DNA of 36,911 nucleotides from a virus (Duplodnaviria; Heunggongvirae; Uroviricota; Caudoviricetes): IMG/VR virus record IMGVR_UViG_2531839667_000007; one strand, 5' to 3'. Shown piece by piece: positions 34,870 to 36,911 of this stretch (position 1 is its first letter; each line of letters starts with the position of its first letter). The notes under the pieces were generated by a model. It saw only the letters and a program-made list of their open reading frames with translations, ran no database searches and was not told where the DNA came from. The position numbers and the translations under genes were made by a program.

Positions 34870-35438
34870 AAACGGGGGCTGAAGCCATTCGGGCGCTGGC
34901 CACACAGCTCCCGGCGTTTCGTCAGAAACTGAGCGACGGCTGGTATCAGGTACGGATTTCCGGGCGGGACGTCAGCACGTCCGGATTGACGGCGCAGTTA
35001 CATGAGGTTCTGCCTGACGGCGCTGTGATTCATATTGTTCCCAGAGTCGCCGGGGCTAAGTCAGGGGGCGTATTCCAGATTGTTCTGGGGGCTGCCGCCA
35101 TTGCCGGATCATTCTTTACTGCCGGAGCCACCCTTGCAGCATGGGGGGCAGCCATTGGGGCCGGTGGTATGACCGGTATCCTGTTTTCTCTCGGTGCCAG
35201 TATGGTACTTGGTGGTGTGGCGCAGATGCTGGCACCGAAAGCCAGAACTCCCCGTACACAGACAACGGATAACGGTAAGCAGAACACCTATTTCTCCTCA
35301 CTGGATAACATGGTTGCCCAGGGCAATGTTCTGCCTGTTCTGTACGGTGAAATGCGCGTGGGGTCACGTGTGGTTTCTCAGGAGATCAGCACGGCAGACG
35401 AAGGGGATGGTGGTCAGGTTGTGGTGATTGGTCGCTGA
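34767..35438 (+). CDS. I: tail assembly protein I
   Basis: 223 aa; near-identical to lambda gpI. Confidence 0.9.
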   Translation: MAATHTLPLASPGMARICLYGDLQRFGRRIDLRVKTGAEAIRALATQLPAFRQKLSDGWYQVRISGRDVSTSGLTAQLHEVLPDGAVIHIVPRVAGAKSGGVFQIVLGAAAIAGSFFTAGATLAAWGAAIGAGGMTGILFSLGASMVLGGVAQMLAPKARTPRTQTTDNGKQNTYFSSLDNMVAQGNVLPVLYGEMRVGSRVVSQEISTADEGDGGQVVVIGR

Positions 35439-35498
35439 TGCAAAACATTTTATGTGAAACCGCCTGCGGGCGGTTTTGTCGTTTATGGAGCGTGACGA

Positions 35499-36911
35499 AT
35501 GGGTAAAGGCAGCAGTAAGGGGCATACCCCGCGCGAAGCGAAGGACAACCTGAAGTCCACGCAGCTGCTGAGTGTGATCGATGCCATCAGCGAAGGGCCG
35601 ATTGAAGGTCCGGTGGATGGATTAAAAAGCGTGCTGCTGAACAGTACGCCGGTGCTGGACAGTGAGGGGAATACCAATATCTCCGGTGTCACGGTGGTGT
35701 TCCGGGCCGGTGAGCAGGAGCAGACACCGCCGGAGGGATTTGAATCCTCCGGCTCCGAGACGGTGCTCGGTACGGAAGTGAAATATGACACGCCGATCAC
35801 CCGCACCATCACGTCTGCAAATATCGACCGTCTGCGCTTTACCTTCGGTGTGCAGGCACTGGTGGAAACCACCTCAAAAGGGGACCGGAATCCGTCGGAA
35901 GTCCGCCTGCTGGTTCAGATACAACGTAACGGTGGCTGGGTGACGGAAAAAGACATCACCATTAAGGGCAAAACCACCTCGCAGTATCTGGCCTCGGTGG
36001 TGGTGGATAACCTGCCGCCGCGCCCGTTCAATATCCGGATGCGCAGGATGACACCGGACAGCACCACAGACCAGCTGCAGAACAAAACGCTCTGGTCGTC
36101 ATACACCGAAATCATCGATGTGAAACAGTGCTACCCGAACACGGCACTGGTTGGCGTACAGGTGGACTCAGAGCAGTTCGGCAGTCAGCAGGTGAGCCGT
36201 AATTATCATCTGCGCGGGCGTATTCTGCAGGTGCCGTCGAACTATAACCCGCAGACGCGGCAATACAGCGGTATCTGGGACGGAACGTTTAAGCCAGCAT
36301 ACAGCAATAACATGGCCTGGTGTCTGTGGGATATGCTGACCCATCCACGCTACGGCATGGGGAAACGTCTTGGTGCGGCGGATGTGGACAAATGGGCGCT
36401 GTATGTCATCGGCCAGTACTGCGACCAGTCAGTGCCGGACGGCTTTGGCGGCACGGAGCCGCGCATCACCTGTAATGCGTACCTGACCACACAGCGCAAG
36501 GCGTGGGATGTGCTCAGTGATTTCTGCTCGGCGATGCGCTGTATGCCGGTATGGAACGGGCAGACGCTGACGTTCGTGCAGGACCGACCGTCGGATAAGG
36601 TGTGGACCTATAACCGCAGTAATGTGGTGATGCCGGATGATGGCGCGCCGTTCCGCTACAGCTTTAGCGCCCTGAAAGACCGCCATAATGCCGTTGAGGT
36701 GAACTGGATTGACCCGAACAACGGCTGGGAGACGGCGACAGAGCTTGTGGAGGATACGCAGGCCATTGCCCGTTACGGTCGTAACGTCACGAAGATGGAT
36801 GCTTTTGGCTGTACCAGCCGGGGGCAGGCACACCGCGCCGGGCTGTGGCTGATTAAAACAGAACTGCTGGAAACGCAGACCGTGGACTTCTGCGTGGGCG
36901 CAGAAGGGCTT
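35499..36911 (+). CDS. J: tail tip / host specificity protein J, N-terminal 471 codons (continues beyond window end)
   Basis: Own translation from ATG 35499 (MGKGSSKGHTPREAKDNLKSTQLLSV...) matches lambda gpJ N-terminus; open to the last base, so not in ORF track. Confidence 0.95.
   Translation, partial: MGKGSSKGHTPREAKDNLKSTQLLSVIDAISEGPIEGPVDGLKSVLLNSTPVLDSEGNTNISGVTVVFRAGEQEQTPPEGFESSGSETVLGTEVKYDTPITRTITSANIDRLRFTFGVQALVETTSKGDRNPSEVRLLVQIQRNGGWVTEKDITIKGKTTSQYLASVVVDNLPPRPFNIRMRRMTPDSTTDQLQNKTLWSSYTEIIDVKQCYPNTALVGVQVDSEQFGSQQVSRNYHLRGRILQVPSNYNPQTRQYSGIWDGTFKPAYSNNMAWCLWDMLTHPRYGMGKRLGAADVDKWALYVIGQYCDQSVPDGFGGTEPRITCNAYLTTQRKAWDVLSDFCSAMRCMPVWNGQTLTFVQDRPSDKVWTYNRSNVVMPDDGAPFRYSFSALKDRHNAVEVNWIDPNNGWETATELVEDTQAIARYGRNVTKMDAFGCTSRGQAHRAGLWLIKTELLETQTVDFCVGAEGL

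Noticed and set aside
1-36911. CRISPR array, integrase or attachment site, rRNA
   Set aside because: No array of regularly spaced identical repeats; the window begins inside the early-left operon and ends inside J, so int and att are expected outside it

Overview
This 36.9-kb window is an internal slice of a mosaic lambdoid prophage of an enterobacterial (E. coli/Shigella-type) genome, in lambda map orientation. Order: early-left operon of small minus-strand genes (1-2463) | immunity region with a short HTH repressor, four operator sites and cro-like/YdaT-like genes (2568-3859) | replication gene with internal iterons (3931-5001) | nin-like region with small ORFs, a hok-type toxin locus, a DUF968-like gene, rusA and a Q-type antiterminator (5042-9831) | late regulatory region with terminators, a small PapI/FaeA-like protein and an orphan DNA methyltransferase (9832-11453) | three tRNAs (11503-11752) | an AT-rich opposite-strand cargo gene, a DUF1737-like gene and a late ORF with a frameshifted second copy (12044-14340) | an IS3-family (IS2-group) insertion sequence (14457-15793) | lysis cassette of pinholin, SAR endolysin and Rz/Rz1 with unexplained extra small ORFs (16138-18520) | Rz-to-cos region with an Arc-like RHH gene | cos site with cosN identical to lambda (19790-19801) | head and tail module colinear with and very similar to lambda Nu1-A-W-B-C-D-E-FI-FII-Z-U-V-G-T-H-M-L-K-I-J (19985 to window end, J truncated). 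No CRISPR array, rRNA, integrase, attachment site or Shiga toxin genes are present. No single region could be shown to be a new system; the best candidates for undescribed function are the cargo gene at 12044-12379, the insert between holin and endolysin, the small ORFs between endolysin and Rz, and the Rz-to-cos region. All family assignments come from reading the translations and recalling known families; no database search or folding was run, and start codons were chosen by hand from Shine-Dalgarno context.
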